DNA of 60,000 nucleotides, from NCBI GenBank assembly GCA_038087875.1, contig CM075989.1, positions 25,050,001 through 25,110,000 on the forward strand, written 5' to 3'. The stretch is from Malacoraja senta (Eukaryota). The position numbers and the translations under genes were made by a program. The notes beneath the pieces are model-generated. The model did no database searches. It saw nothing but the letters and a program-made list of their open reading frames with translations, and was not told the DNA's origin. This document shows positions 1 to 12,794 of this stretch, piece after piece; the stretch's first letter is position 1, and each line of letters opens with the position of its first letter.

Positions 1-1409
1 ATTACCCAATCATTAGTTCTATCCTACACACTAGGGACAATTTACAGAAGCTAATTAACCTCCAAACCCGCACATCTTTGGAATGTGAGAGGAAACTGGA
101 GCACCCGGAGGAAACCCACGTGGTCACAGGGAGAACATACAAGCTACATACAGACAGCACCCATAGTTAGGTCTCTGGCGCTGTGCTGCCTAGTTGGAAG
201 TATTAGTTGGAAATTATAACAGAATTGTTGCTAATGGGAACTAACCAGCTTAGTGTTAACCAGATACCATGCCTTAACCTTCAGCAGCAGTGACACAGCA
301 TCTGTATGCACAAAAACAGTCGACAAAACAATGTGGCACTCTTGGGAAATCATGAGAAAGTTCGATACTGCTGGAAATGCTCAGCTGGTCGGGCGGCATC
401 CGTGGACAGAGAAACAAAGTCAACATCCAAATTGATCCTTTGAGGATTAACACATAACTGCCAACAGACTGATCAACAACCTTTCTGTATTATTCATGAT
501 TGAACACGGCCCAGACTTCTGCCGCAATCAGCGATCATGGACGCGTTGGGTTGGCTGGCTTGGTTTCTGGGATGTTGGTCTCAGCTGGAGATGCCGGGTC
601 AGGATGTAGAGGGTTCGTAGGGAAGTTTTCCTAGATCAGTGGTTGATGCAGAGAGCAGATATGAAGGCAGCGATGGCACAGGATTGAACAAAGTGGGATG
701 CTGCATGGAATAAAATGGTTGACATTGCCATAGAGTGCAGATGCAAAGGAATCCAACAATGTCTCTGATCATCAACAGATCACCACAGCTCAGCCACAAG
801 GGCTGTTACTGGGACTCTCGGCTGGTTTAGTGAACAGATCTAGCTTCAGACAATTGGAATTGCAGATTGAGCTGCTGTGTTATTCACCATGTTTTTGTTC
901 CCTCAGTGGGTTGTTCCAAACAGGCTTCAACTCAAGCCCAACAACACTTTATGTCCTCACCTGTGCTGGCGGTGGAAATCTAAGCCTTTGATGAAGGCCC
1001 TGGAAGAACAACAATTTGATTCAAGAGAATGTGAGTTTCACATTTTAAATAGTCTTTGTGGTGGGCAGGGTATTACCTGGGTACTTTGTTCCAGAAGGCA
1101 AGCTTGAATGATGAATGAAGAATTATCCAAGTCAAGACAGTCAAAAGAGTGAGTACAAGCGAGACAGGCCAGGACATTCTGAAGCCATTTCCCTCTCCCC
1201 TGACTCTCAGTCTGAAGAAGGGTCTCGTCCCGAGACATCACCTATTCCTTCTCCAGAGATGTTGCCTAACCCGCTGAGTTACTCCAGCACTCTGTTAAAG
1301 GGTCCCCACCCGAACCGTCGCCTATCCATGTTCTCCAGAGTTACTCAGCGGGTCAGGCAGCATCTGTGGAGAACATGGATAGGTGACGTTTCACAGAGTG
1401 TTGGAGTAA

Positions 1410-1635
1410 AGGGCCTGTCCCACTTGGCCGGCATTTGGGCGTAATTTACGCTAAATCATTTACGCGTCACGACGCACGACACGCGCGTCATGACACGCAC
1501 GTGATGCTCGCATGGTGCGCGATGACATAGGCAGTGACGCGCGGCCACGCGCGGTGTTGCAGGATTTTGTGATGTACAAAATCTTCGCGCGCCATCTGCG
1601 TGACGCGCAAATGACGGCCAAGTGGGACAGGCCCT
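1410..1635. mobile_element. PIF/Harbinger-type MITE
   Basis: 21-bp TIR AGGGCCTGTCCCACTTGGCCG; TAA TSD (1407-1409, 1636-1638); removal restores host GGAGTAACTCAGC. Confidence 0.85.
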
Positions 1636-3251
1636 TAACTCAGCGGGTCAGGCAGCAATTGTGGAGAACATGGATAGGTGACGTTTTGGGTTGAGACCCT
1701 GCAAGCCAGTTTGCCTGGCATCAGTAATAAGGAATATGATGGCATCTATTATAACTGAAAAGTGGTTACATGGTTCTAATGCTGAGTAATCTCTGTAAAC
1801 TGAGTAAAAGCAACAGGTTTTTGTACATTAAGGAAATCAAGGGGCCTGGTTGGTGGAGGAAGGGGTGCTGAGGTACCAGATCAGCCATGACCTTATTGAA
1901 TGGTAGCACAGGCTGAATGGTCCACTCCTCCCTGGTCTATAATCAGGGGAGTCGTTCTGAAATACTGTGATTGTCATAATATTGGAAAGACGAGATCTAA
2001 ATGAGCGTTGAACTGCAAATTAACATCTCTGTGAGTGGTTTATAATGATGTGATCATGGGCTTAATGAGCCAAAGCACCACATTCCTGAGGAATTATTTG
2101 ACTTTAATAGCTTAAATATACTCCCTAATTAAGGTGTGGGAAATATTCCTCTTTCAACCAATAGATACCTTGTTATTGCTAAGTTATGGTTTGTGGGACC
2201 GTGCCACATTGCTGAGCAAGTTTCTCACCAGTACTAGAGCGACTACATTTTAGAAAGACTGTAACTTTCTGAGGTTATGAAAGCTGCTACATAAATGCGA
2301 GATTTGAATCAAAGTTGCTACCTGAAGAGATCAATATTATTTCCCATTTTTGCACTTTGCATCTGACTTAGAATCAAGTTTCTGATGAAATGTTTGCAGA
2401 AATATTGCATAAGGCTTTTTCTAAAGTTGGAATTGGTGGGGGGACAGTGGACAGTGGTGGGGGGGGGGGACAGTGGTGGGGGGACAGGGGCGGGAGGACA
2501 AAGCCGGAGGGACCAGGGGCGAGGGGGACAGGGGCGGGCTTACTGTCACGTTGCACTTGGCATGAGACTGGAGCAGGAATGGTTATTGGCAGACTAAAGA
2601 AGGCACAAGTCATGATTTAGAATGAAAAAGAACTTGCTTTTTATAAAACCGGCAGACACATGCTGGTTGGTCGCTTACAGCCATGAGGCCGCGCTCTCAA
2701 TATCCTGGTGGTCGCCGTGTGTGGCGAGGGTGAATGAACAGGAAATGAATTACACTGCAGTTTGTGCCAAGTGTTTTGAGCAGTCAATGTGCCTGTGTTG
2801 GTGAATTATGGCAGAGTTGGTGGGGAGAATGAAATGGGATTAGTGCAAATGGCTTCTCAATGGTTCGCAGAGACTTCGTGGTCCAAAGGCTGTGTACCGG
2901 CTGTACAATGCTATTATAGTTAGAATACAAAGAAAATGGTGGAGGCTGATGTTGTGAAGCCTGGTCCACAATTCCAATGAGTTATATATACCCTGCAACT
3001 AGCTGGGGGTCCAGAGGATTCTGTCTTCAACATTGATGTTTGACACTGCTATTCAAGGTGAATACTTGTAGACTTTCCATACAGAGCAGCTTCTTCTGTA
3101 ACTCCAAAGCTGGCGGTGCACAAAAACAGGAGTAGGTAACGCTCACTTCTCCTCGGATCCACTGACGGTGTGAGACTTGTTGCTAAAGCTGCAGCACTCC
3201 CAGCTCTGAAGATGTTTACACTGCCCGCTCAGAGCTGACCTCCTCCCAGGG

Positions 3252-3365
3252 TCAGTGATGGCTGTTCACCGACAGACGGCCATTGGCACCAGTACCATTC
3301 TTCATGCCCTCTTCTTCACTGCTCTCCTCACATTCCTCCATATCACTCCGATCGTCTCCATCCAG
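3252..3365 (-). CDS. CERS3: Ceramide synthase last coding exon (LDGDDRSDMEECEESSEEEGMKNGTGANGRLSVNSHH*)
   Basis: TTTCAG acceptor; DxRSDxE motif and acidic tail; TGA at 3252-3254. Confidence 0.92.
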   Translation of the reverse strand: MDGDDRSDMEECEESSEEEGMKNGTGANGRLSVNSHH

Positions 3366-4890
3366 CTGAAAGACAAAGTTAGAAAATGTGGATAGGAAAG
3401 GTTGCAAGGATGCAGGCCAAGCTCGAGCAGGTGGGACTGGTGTAGATGAGGCACCTTGGTCGGCATGGACAGTTTAGTTTAGAGATGCAGTGTGGAAACA
3501 TGCCCTTTGGCCCACCGAGTGCGTAACGCCCAGTGATCCCTGCACACTAACACTATCCTACACACACTAGGGACAATTTTACCAAGCCAATTAACCTACA
3601 AACCTGTACATCTTTGGAGTGTGGGAGGAAACCGAAGATCTCAGAAGAAACCCCCACGCAGATCACGGGGAGAACGTACAAACTCCGCACAGACAGCACC
3701 CGTAGTCAGGATCGATCCCAGGTCTCTGGCGCTGCATCACCGGTTAATAGGTTGGGTCAAAGGCCCTGTTTCTGGGCTGCATGACTCTGACTCTAAAGTT
3801 GGTCGGTTTAATGGACCAACTGCAAAGAAGTGCTTGTCTAAAAAAACAGAATGACATTGGAACTCGACTCTTGAATCCCTGCATGACTCACAATGTGAAC
3901 TCAGGTCAATGAGGCAGCTGGAACACATGCAGCCAGAGCCCTGGCTGATTGGAATTATTTATGTGGAGCAAGGAGTCATGAATAAGGTCAGAGAGAGATA
4001 CGGCGTGAATAAATCACCATGTGATACCATGTGCACAATCACCAGCAACCACCATCCACATTAATCCATATTTTATTCTCCCCACATTCTCATCAATTCC
4101 CCCCAGATTCCACCACTCCACTACACACCAGGGACAATTACAGTGGCCAATTAACTTGCCAACATGTAGTTTTGAAATGTGGAGAACGTACAAACTCCAC
4201 ACAAACAGTGCCCAAGGTCAGGATTGAACCCGTGTGTCTGGTGCTGTGAGGCAGCAACTCTATTAGCTCCACGTTGTACACCACAGACAGACAGTAAAAT
4301 GGAACAGGTTTCAGTCTTGCCAAACGGCTTGCCAGTGAATTCAAGTGAAGATCGTGGCTTGGACCCGTCAAATACAGAGGGGTGAAAGTCTGGTGCCTCC
4401 AGCAGCTTTAATGATTTTAGTTTCTTTCTAATTCAGCAGCCAGTGAGATCATGGTTGTTATTGGACTAGCTGTCAGTGGTAAATTGACCCTAGTGTGTAG
4501 GTTGCAAAAGTGGGAATACATGGAACTAGTGTGCGGGTGATCAAGGGGCAGTGTGGACTCAGTGGGGTGAACGGCCTATTTCCACGCTGTATCTATAAAC
4601 TAAACAGAGTCTTTGCTGTCTCCTTGGTTCAGGGACAAGAAAGGTAAATCGTGTCGATGTCCGCATATCCTGAACACATTGTTGCTCAGTTTCCTCAGTC
4701 AGCTTAACGTAAGTAAGAGGGATGATATGGGAAGCTATTAGTAAAGGAGATTCAGCAGAGCATTAAAAAAACTGAGGGTAATCATGCATAGTTAAGTGAA
4801 GGGCTGTATGAGTATGTGTGTCTATGTGGATTCACAGGTGAACTACAGGTGATTCCAGCCTTCCTACACAGGTGATATAAAACCGCTTAC

Positions 4891-5044
4891 CTTACTGAAG
4901 AGAAACTTTAGCAGCATCTGCAGGATGAGGTACGCCCAGAAAATGTGAAGCATCTGAAGGACAACCAGCATGACGTTGAAGAAATAATATCCGAAGAATG
5001 GAGGGTAGTGGTGAACGGGATAGACCCAGGTACAGTGGATGATC
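4891..5044 (-). CDS. CERS3: Ceramide synthase coding exon 9 (IIHCTWVYPVHHYPPFFGYYFFNVMLVVLQMLHIFWAYLILQMLLKFLFSK)
   Basis: 154 bp, CCACAG acceptor and GTAAGC donor. Confidence 0.94.
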
Positions 5045-5677
5045 CTGTGGACAAAAAGAACAGGTCACTCTCAAACACAATACGCTGCAGGTCAGGGCGC
5101 ATCTGCGGGAAGAGGAACGGGCATCAGACCCGAGACGGAGACTGAAGCTTGGAAAGGTACAGGGAGGGTGGGACAGGGAGGGTGTCTGACAGGGTGAAGT
5201 GGAGTGAGCACAGAAATAAGCTGTGGTCAGTGAGTGCATGGGGACAGGTGGACAGGGAGAACCTGGCCAGAGGAATGTGGGAGGTGAGGACACGGGCAGG
5301 TGGGAGAGAGGAGAAAGTAGAAGCCAAACTCAGCTGATGTAACAGACACATGATGGACACAGACTGAGGAGTCACATCACCTGACGGTGGAGAATTCAAC
5401 GTAGAGTGCGGAGGCTGTAAAGAGCCCAGACACAAGACATGGTGCTGCTCCTCAAGCTTGCTTTGGGCATGACTAGCGGTGCAGGAGGCCACAGGCAGAG
5501 TGCCAGACGGCAGTGGGATGGAGAATGAAAGTGCAGCAACAGGAAGCCCTGCGCCTAGAGTGAGGCAGGTAACAGGTGGATACAGGTAGACAGCTGGGTG
5601 AGGGGAGAGGCAGGTAACAGGTGGATACAGGTGAGGGGGGTTTGAAAGGCAGATAGTTGGAACAAAGACTGGACAAA

Positions 5678-6525
5678 GGGGGCGCTGTCCTGTGTGCAGC
5701 TGCCCAGCCAGCAGCTGTCTGTCCTTTCATCTTTATTTTTTATTTTAGTCAGTAAAGTGTTTTGTTTTGGAGGTCTAGACATTTTTGTGTGGGGGGTGGG
5801 GAAGGGGGAAACTACCTTTCAGGGTCCCTACCTGGCCGGAGAGGCAGCTTTTCTCCGGGCTGCAGCTTCGACCCGTCCTCGCGGCCTACCAGCGGGCCTG
5901 GAGCGCCGTTTCCTGTCGGGGACCGCCCAGTACCTCGGCTTCGGCGGCGGCACAGCGCTGGAGCGCTATCGCGGAGCGGGCGATGCCTTGCCCGGGTCGC
6001 CGCGCTGGAGCTCCGGTGAGCTGAGGATCGCTGGGGAAAACATCGCGGAGCTGCGGGACTGTGGAGCGACCAGCTGCGGGCGGCGGCGCTGAACTTTACA
6101 TCGGGAGCCTGGGATCTCTAGATGAGATCGCCAGTTGTGGAGCTCCAACCGGCGCGGCCTTGTTGGCTTCGGAAGCCGCGGCCCCCAGTGCGGAAGCGGC
6201 CGTTCCAGGGTTCCCAGGCCGCTGGGAGGACTCTCCCGACGCCAGAGCAATATCACCCGGCGAGAACGGCCTGGAACATCGGGCCTCCGTAGAGGCAACT
6301 GTGGAGGCCTCAATGGGCCCGACTATGGGTGAACTGGGGTTGGGGACTGGACTTTGTGCCTTCACTCATGGTGGGAGCCATTGTGGGGGGATGTTCAGTG
6401 TTAAGACTATCTTGGTGTTGTGTCTGTATTCTCTTTTTTGTGCTGCATAATGGCAAGAAGCATTTCACTTCACTACACCTGGGTGTATGTGAATGTGACT
6501 AATAAAAATACCTTGAACCTTGAAC
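5678..6525 (+). mobile_element. GC-rich non-autonomous retroposon, same architecture as 22271-23108 but a different family
   Basis: GGCGCTGTC head, T-rich then GG-rich linker, CpG-rich body, AATAAA and (CCTTGAA)n tail. Confidence 0.6.
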
Positions 6526-6595
6526 ATATTCAGCACCTTAACATCACTCCCCTATTACTGGCGAAACTCCGGAATGTTCCGCAGGGTTTACTCAC

Positions 6596-6702
6596 CAGAA
6601 AGGGAAGATGATGAGCCTGGTAATTATAAACACAGCGGCAAACACGATGAAGATGGAGTTACAGAGCGATTTCCACCCGGCGTAATTAAACATCTTGGCC
6701 GA
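6596..6702 (-). CDS. CERS3: Ceramide synthase coding exon 8 ([36 protein letters not shown])
   Basis: 107 bp, canonical sites. Confidence 0.95.
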
Positions 6703-6765
6703 CTGCAACAGAGGGACGGAGAACTCAATATAAATCACCTTAAACGGATCAAAACATCCAGTCCG

Positions 6766-7231
6766 TCACATCACTGAACACCTGGTGCCACACCTGCTGC
6801 CACACCTGGTGCCGCACATGGTGCCACACCTGCTGCCACACCTGGTGCCGCACCTGCTGCCACACCTGCTGCCGCATCTGGTGCCGCACCTGCTGCCACA
6901 TCTGGTGCCACACCTGCCACCACCTGCTGCCGCACCTGCTGCCACACCTGGTGCCGCACCTGCTGCCACACCTGCCGCCACACCTGCTGCCACATCTGGT
7001 GCCGCACCTGCTGCCACATCTGGTGCCACACCTGCCACCACACCTGGTGCCACACCTGCTGCCAGATCTGGTGCCGCACCTGCTGCCACACCTGCCGTCA
7101 CATCACTGAACACCTGGTGCCACACCTGCCACCACACCTGCTGCCACATCTGGTGCCGCACCTGCTGCCACACCTGCCGTCACATCACTGAACACCTGGT
7201 GCCACACCTGCCACCGCACCTGGTGCCACAC
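6766..7231. repeat. 12-bp minisatellite (CACCTGSTGCCR)n filling most of ceramide synthase intron 7
   Basis: About 35 units, with a higher-order GTCACATCACTGAA spacer near 6766, 7097 and 7179. Confidence 0.95.
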
Positions 7232-7235
7232 TTAC

Positions 7236-7364
7236 CTCCAACAAGATGTCCGAGGCGTCATGTACGGCCATCACCAGCGTTCCCACGCGGATGTAGTTCG
7301 CACACCAGGAGAAGCTCAGCAGGATGATCGTTGCTAAATGATGAATTATTTGTTCTTGAAAATC
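7236..7364 (-). CDS. CERS3: Ceramide synthase coding exon 7, Lag1p motif ([43 protein letters not shown])
   Basis: 129 bp; catalytic HH and HDxSD motifs intact. Confidence 0.96.
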
Positions 7365-8704
7365 CTGGGAAATGAGGAGTTATTTCACTTGGATGAGAAA
7401 CGTCACTCTCTGTTGATGATTTCAGAACTACTGAACCTGAGGATATAATCTCTGCCCCATTACATGCTCTGACCCATGAGGGTGACATCGAATTCAGTTA
7501 CGTTACAATTCTCTCACTCAAGTTGCTGAGGCTTGGAGCTGATGGAAAAATCCAACAACTTAGATGGGTACAATTTTATTAGTGTCGTTTATTTAGTTTA
7601 GAGATACAGCGTGGAAATAGGCCCACCGGGTCCACGCCGACCAGCAATCACCCCGCACACTAGCACTATCCTATACACTAGCGACAATTTACAATTTTAC
7701 CAAAGCCAATTAACCTACAAACCTGCGCGTATTTGGAGTGTGGGAGGAAACCGGAGCAACTGGAGAAAACCCACGCAGGTCACGGGGAGAACGTACAAAC
7801 TCCATACAGACAGCACCCGTAGTCGTGATGGAACCCGGGTCTCCGGCGCTGTGAGGCAACAACTCTACCGCTGTACCACAGTGCCGCACTAGTTTAGAGT
7901 ATGGAATTTATGAGATGAAGGTGAGTAAACTATATCAGGATGCAGGTCAGTGATGGAGCTATTTACCCATCGGTCACTCAGCAGGGGAATGCAGTACCAC
8001 TGGTCACTGGCAGCTCCACTCCATCCCTCAGCTGCAATAATGGTGGCAGGACAACAAAGAACAGGGGGCAAATGGGAAACACAGAGTGCTGGAGTAACTC
8101 AGCGGGTCAGGCAGCATCTGTGGAGAACACGGATAGGTGTCATTTCGGGTCGAGTCCCTGCTTCAGACTGAATGCAGCAGAGATGCTGCCTGAGCCGCTG
8201 AGTTACTCCAGCACTTTGTGTCCTTTTGTATATTAACCAGCATCTGCAGTTCCATGTTTCTAAATTAGAATATGAATTCCACCTTCAACTATCAAATTTG
8301 ATTTCTTAAACCTTATGGAATTTTCTTTCATGACATTCATCAATTAAAAAGGTGCTGGAGTAACTCAGTGGGTCAGGCAGCATCTGTGAAGGGGATGGAT
8401 AGGTCGCATTTCAGGTCTGGGCCCTTATCAGACATTATCTGTCTATTGCCTCCACAGCTGCTGCCTAACCCACTGAGCTCCTCCAGCACTTTGTGTCTTG
8501 CTCAAGATTCCAGCAACTGCAGTTTATTGTGTATTTTAGTTCAATGTTAATTAATGTTCAGTTATTTTTTTTCAATTAACTCCACAATCCCATTGTCATT
8601 ACCTAGTGGGTTAAAAACAGAAGTCCAACTGCAGTGTTGGTTTGACACCAAACCAACAGTCAGATCCAAAGATACTCGAGCAAGATGGTCAGATCCACAC
8701 ATAC

Positions 8705-8797
8705 CTTTCTTTTGACATCCGATGCAATGCTGAACAATAGCGACCAGTAGAAACTCAGTTCGATGATGTAGTACCAATATTGAGAGGGTAACAATGA
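8705..8797 (-). CDS. CERS3: Ceramide synthase coding exon 6 ([31 protein letters not shown])
   Basis: 93 bp, canonical sites; TLC domain. Confidence 0.95.
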
Positions 8798-9341
8798 CTA
8801 GGGAGAACATAGAGACATTGATCAATGAGGCAAGCTGGCTATGTCATTGCAACCCATGAGTGTACAGAATGACCGCAGATCCACGGCACACTTGATCATA
8901 TTGTTCACTGTACAACCATTGTCTGCACAACAAGGAGAGGTGGTTCAATCTGCACTCGACAACAATAGGACCTCGCATTGATCAGCAAGAACATTTCCTC
9001 ACCACCATTCAACAACATGCTCCACAGCAGAGTTAAATGTGAGCACACAAAATGTGTAGGAAGGAACTGCAGACACTGTTTTATTGAGGTGACGAAGGTG
9101 ATCAATAAAGGTTCGGCAGTGGATGTTGTCCACAAGGATTTTAGTAAAGCATTTGATAAAGTCCCCTGTACACTGGTCAAGAAGATTGGGACTAACAGAC
9201 TTGATCGTATGGATTCAGAACGAGCTTACTGATAGAGGACTTTGTTTAGGCTGTATGTGGAGTATTGTGTGCAGTTCTGGTTGATTTGGAAACTGTGGGA
9301 ACGTACAGTTTATGAGGCCGGGATTACAGGGTATTAGCTAC

Positions 9342-9538
9342 GTTGCGGACTGAAGAAGTGGGGCCTCTCGGACTCTGACAAGTGCAACTGCGGAGAGGTA
9401 CAGACAATGGCCCACCTACTGACTTGCGGCAGAGAGGCAGGCACTGCGGATGATCTCCGCAGAGGCACAGATGTGGCACTGGCTGTGGCAAAGCAATGGC
9501 AGAACGTCGTCTGGCACAAGAGCGAACGAACGAATGAA
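9342..9538 (+). mobile_element. 3' end of an I-group (Vingi/Ingi-like) LINE nested in an old CR1
   Basis: LKKWGLSDSDKCNCGEVQTMAHLLTC zinc knuckle; (GAAC/GAAT)n tail; CTAC duplicated at both ends. Confidence 0.65.
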
Positions 9539-10009
9539 CTACAAGGGGAGGTTGGACAGACTTGGATTGTTTTCTCTGGAACACCAGAGGTTGTGGGAGA
9601 CCTGAAGAAGTTTATAAAATGATGACAGGCATGGATAGGGTAGACAGTCAGAACCTTTATCCTAGGATGGAAAATCAAATATGAGAGGGTGTAACTTTAA
9701 GATGCGAGGGCCAAAGATTAAAGGAGATGTGCGGGGCATTTTTATATTTTACACAGAGGGTGGTGAGTACCTAGAACACCCTGCCAGGGGTGGTGGATGG
9801 ACCAGACACATTAGTGGGATTTAAGAGACAGATTGATATGGAGGGATAGGGATTATGTAGATCAGCACAGACATAGCGGGCCGAAGGGCCTGTTCCGGTG
9901 CGGTACTGTTGTGTCCTATGTTGGCATCGTATCCTGGTTTACCTTACAGCAGTGGAGGTGTTCAGATATCGCCTGCTCAGTCGACACAGCGGCTATCTGA
10001 CGCACTCAC

Positions 10010-10060
10010 CTGTTTGGGGTATCCCACCCAGACTTCCCAGGTGTCGTAAAACCACGGTTT
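10010..10060 (-). CDS. CERS3: Ceramide synthase coding exon 5 (KPWFYDTWEVWVGYPKQ)
   Basis: 51 bp, TTGCAG acceptor and GTGAG donor; KPWFYD..VW.GYP.Q motif. Confidence 0.93.
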
Positions 10061-10596
10061 CTGCAACAGAGCCGGAGAAATACAGCCCAGTTAACCGACT
10101 GCACCATACAGGGGTCACAGTGGGCATGAGAACACAAATACAATGCAAACCCCACCGCCACCCCCTCCCCTCCCACCACCTCCCTTCCCATCCCCCTTTA
10201 CAAACAGAACATCGTCAGAAGGTCTCACCTTCCACTTGCTTGAGATGGTCCAGGTAACTTCTGAATCAATGGATGAGTTTTGTTTCTGGCCCCTGTTGGT
10301 GTGGAGGTGAAAGACCCCCCCCCCGTACGAGCACAGTGTCCGTGCATGGTCACTGAGACCACCCCCCATGTATGTCCCTGCTGAATATGGCCCACCCAGG
10401 TACAGGCTTGGTGAAGAGTACAAGACAAACCTGTGTCAGAATCATCCAGCCCAAACCCAACTGAATCGGGTTTGTTTGAAAAATTGGGCAACAACTTGTC
10501 TTTAAAGGGGAATGTGTCCAGCACACGTTTACCACAGTGGAGTGTGAATGTGTCCAGCACACGTTTACCACAGTGGAGTGGGAAGTGAATACTTAC

Positions 10597-10654
10597 ATCA
10601 ATGAGGACAGCGATCCCACCAGTAAATGCCAGCAGATAAAAGGTACATCGCCAG
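10597..10654 (-). CDS. CERS3: Ceramide synthase coding exon 4 (WRCTFYLLAFTGGIAVLID)
   Basis: 58 bp, TTTCCAG acceptor and GTAAGT donor; WRxTFYL motif. Confidence 0.93.
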
Positions 10655-11384
10655 CTGGAAAACAAGAGAGCGTATTGCTTACGTCATGGTAGAGACACAA
10701 TGCTGGAGTAACTCAGCGGGACAGGCTTACGTCTGTCATCTCTCTAAAAGCAAGAGAGAGAACCTATTCTGTAGGTGCTGGATGGAATGGGAGTCACACT
10801 GGTTCACTTTCATACACGCAAGAGGCTATTCAGCCCAAGTCTATCCAGGTTCTCTGTGGTTTCCTATCAGTCCCATTCCCGTTATTTCCTTGGAATCTGT
10901 TCTCTCTCACAGAAGGACACAAAGTGCTGGAGTAACTCAGCGGTTCAGGCAGCATCTCTGGAGAACATAGATAAGTGTGATTTGGGCCAAGACCCTCCTT
11001 CCTTTAATGTATTAACCAACATCTGCAACTCTTTATTTATATTGGAGTGTGCGCCATTTACAGGATTCACTGCAGTTACACACCAAGGCTGAATCAGCAC
11101 CTCTCACACCCACATCCACAGCAACAACTAGACATAATCTCTGCCATCTCAAGGGATATGGGGAGAAAGCAGGAACAGGGTACTGATTTTGGATGATCAG
11201 CCATGATCATATCGAACGGCTGTGCTGACTCAAAGGGCCGAATGGCCTACTCCTGCACATACAGTATTTTCTATCTTTCTATCTCTGAGCCCCATCATTA
11301 TCTACTCCTTATGACCTCATTAGTTCATTTATTTCCACGAGGAACATCCTGTTTATGGCGAAGGTAGACACAAAATGCTGGAGT

Positions 11385-11415
11385 CTGAAGAAGGGTCTCG
11401 ACCCGAAACGTCACC
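11385..11415 (+). ncRNA. Minimal type I hammerhead ribozyme motif, intact core, within a 154-bp Penelope-derived insertion (11360-11513)
   Basis: CTGAAGA-A-GGGT(CTCG)ACCC-GAAAC-GTC-ACC; 16-bp TSD ACATCCTGTTTATGGC. Confidence 0.7.
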
Positions 11416-11568
11416 CATTCCTTCTCTCCAGAGATGCTGCCTGTCTTGCTGAGTTCCTTTGTGCACTTTGTGTCTAACTTCGTTTTAAACCAGCATCTGC
11501 AGTTCTTTCCTACACATCCTGTTTATGGCAATACACTCATGAGCAATATAATTTTCAGGACCAGTGTC

Positions 11569-11885
11569 GGCACCCAGTGGCGCAGCGGAAGAGTTGCTGC
11601 CTCACAGCGCCAGAGACCCAGGTTTGATCCTGATTACGGGTGCTGTCTGTGTGGTGTTTGCATGTTCTCCCCGGGACCACGTGGTTTTCCTCCGGGTGCT
11701 CCGGTTTCCTCCAACATCCCAAAGTCGTGTGGGTTTGTAAGTTAATTGGCCATTTGTAAATTGCCCCCTGGTGTGCAGGGAGAGGATGTGAAAGTGGGAT
11801 AACATAGAACTAGTGTAAACGGGTGATCGATGGTCAGCGTGGACTGGGTGGGCCGAAGGGCCTGTTTCCACTCTGTGTCTTTCAG
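11569..11885 (+). mobile_element. tRNA-derived V-SINE (HE1-like). Further copies at about 1-190, 3475-3735, 4060-4275, 7590-7890, 19420-19840, 30120-30395, 30880-31180, 42495-42750, 58995-59160
   Basis: A box TGGCGCAGCGG, B box GGTTTGATCC, V-domain GTTTGCATGTTCTCCCC...TCCGGTTTCCTCC, CR1-like 3' tail GGGCCGAAGGGCCTG. Confidence 0.85.
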
Positions 11886-11946
11886 TTCCCATAGGTTAAG
11901 GCAACACAGGAAGGATCGGATCGGATCGAACCTCAGTGAAACTCAC

Positions 11947-12065
11947 CAAGCTTCGCGAAACTTTTTCATCAAACTCGGTCTGTCCTGGTTCCTCCTCCTC
12001 CTAAACCATCGCTCCACTTGCCGTACAGAACAGCTGCATTTCTTAGACAGCCCTTCTAACTGTGA
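11947..12065 (-). CDS. CERS3: Ceramide synthase coding exon 3, Hox-like domain ([40 protein letters not shown])
   Basis: 119 bp, canonical [20 protein letters not shown] motif. Confidence 0.95.
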
Positions 12066-12676
12066 CTGCAAACATTATGGACAATTACAACAATTCATTA
12101 CCTGATAACCTCGATAACAATTCCCCGTTTAACAGTTGCACACCATTCAAAGCAATACATGTTGCCTAGCTTGGGCAAATGTTGTATTGGGACAGGGAAT
12201 GTGAATAAGTAGTGGGAATAAAGGAACATCATGGGCAATACTGCAGGAAAAGAATCTGGGAAAATAGTTCATAATCTATTAGGCATGTGCAAAACTGGGA
12301 CCAAGCAAGATGGTTCATAAGCCGAGAATAGGGTTTTGGCCTCCGTAGTTAAGGAGTGACACACTTATATTGGCAGCGGTTATTGAAAGTTAGTAAGAAT
12401 GTGTTTGTGAAAATTAATGTTGTTTGATTACTGTGGGAGGTCATACGGAAACATTTTTTCCCCCTGTACTGTTTAAATCCAAGACATCTTTTTTTCTGTT
12501 TGCCAATTTCCAAGGTATTCCAATGGCTCTTATCTTAAGTGGGTGGAGGGTGGGAAGGGAGGTGGTGGGGGTGGGGAGGGAGTGTGGAGGGAGGTGGTGC
12601 GGAGGGAGGGGGTGGCGGTGGGGACCCTCACTACTAACTTGCCAGAGTGCACGTTCAAATCAAAAAGAAAGCTCAC

Positions 12677-12794
12677 CTTGTTTGGATGTTTGGAAACTGA
12701 GACAAAAAAGTTTTCTAAAACAGGGTTATGTGTGGCCTTTAACCGGGCTTGGTCCTTAACGCCCATGACTTTGGCAAGTGGGGTTGCTACGAGC
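12677..12794 (-). CDS. CERS3: Ceramide synthase coding exon 2 (LVATPLAKVMGVKDQARLKATHNPVLENFFVSVSKHPNK)
   Basis: 118 bp, CAG acceptor and GTGAG donor, phase fits neighbours; start of the Hox-like domain. Confidence 0.92.

Noticed and set aside
4886..4895. Tandem GTAAG GTAAG donors at exon 9
   Set aside because: The upstream donor would shift the frame and lose the DxRSDxE tail; no evidence it is used.
6766..7327. Long ORFs with PHLL/AAPA/WQQV repeats
   Set aside because: Translations of the 12-bp intronic minisatellite; no splice context.
10510..10580. 36-bp tandem duplication next to the exon 4 donor
   Set aside because: Ordinary two-copy intronic duplication; splice site unaffected.
11569..11640. 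tRNA-like A/B boxes
   Set aside because: Heads of V-SINEs, not tRNA genes.
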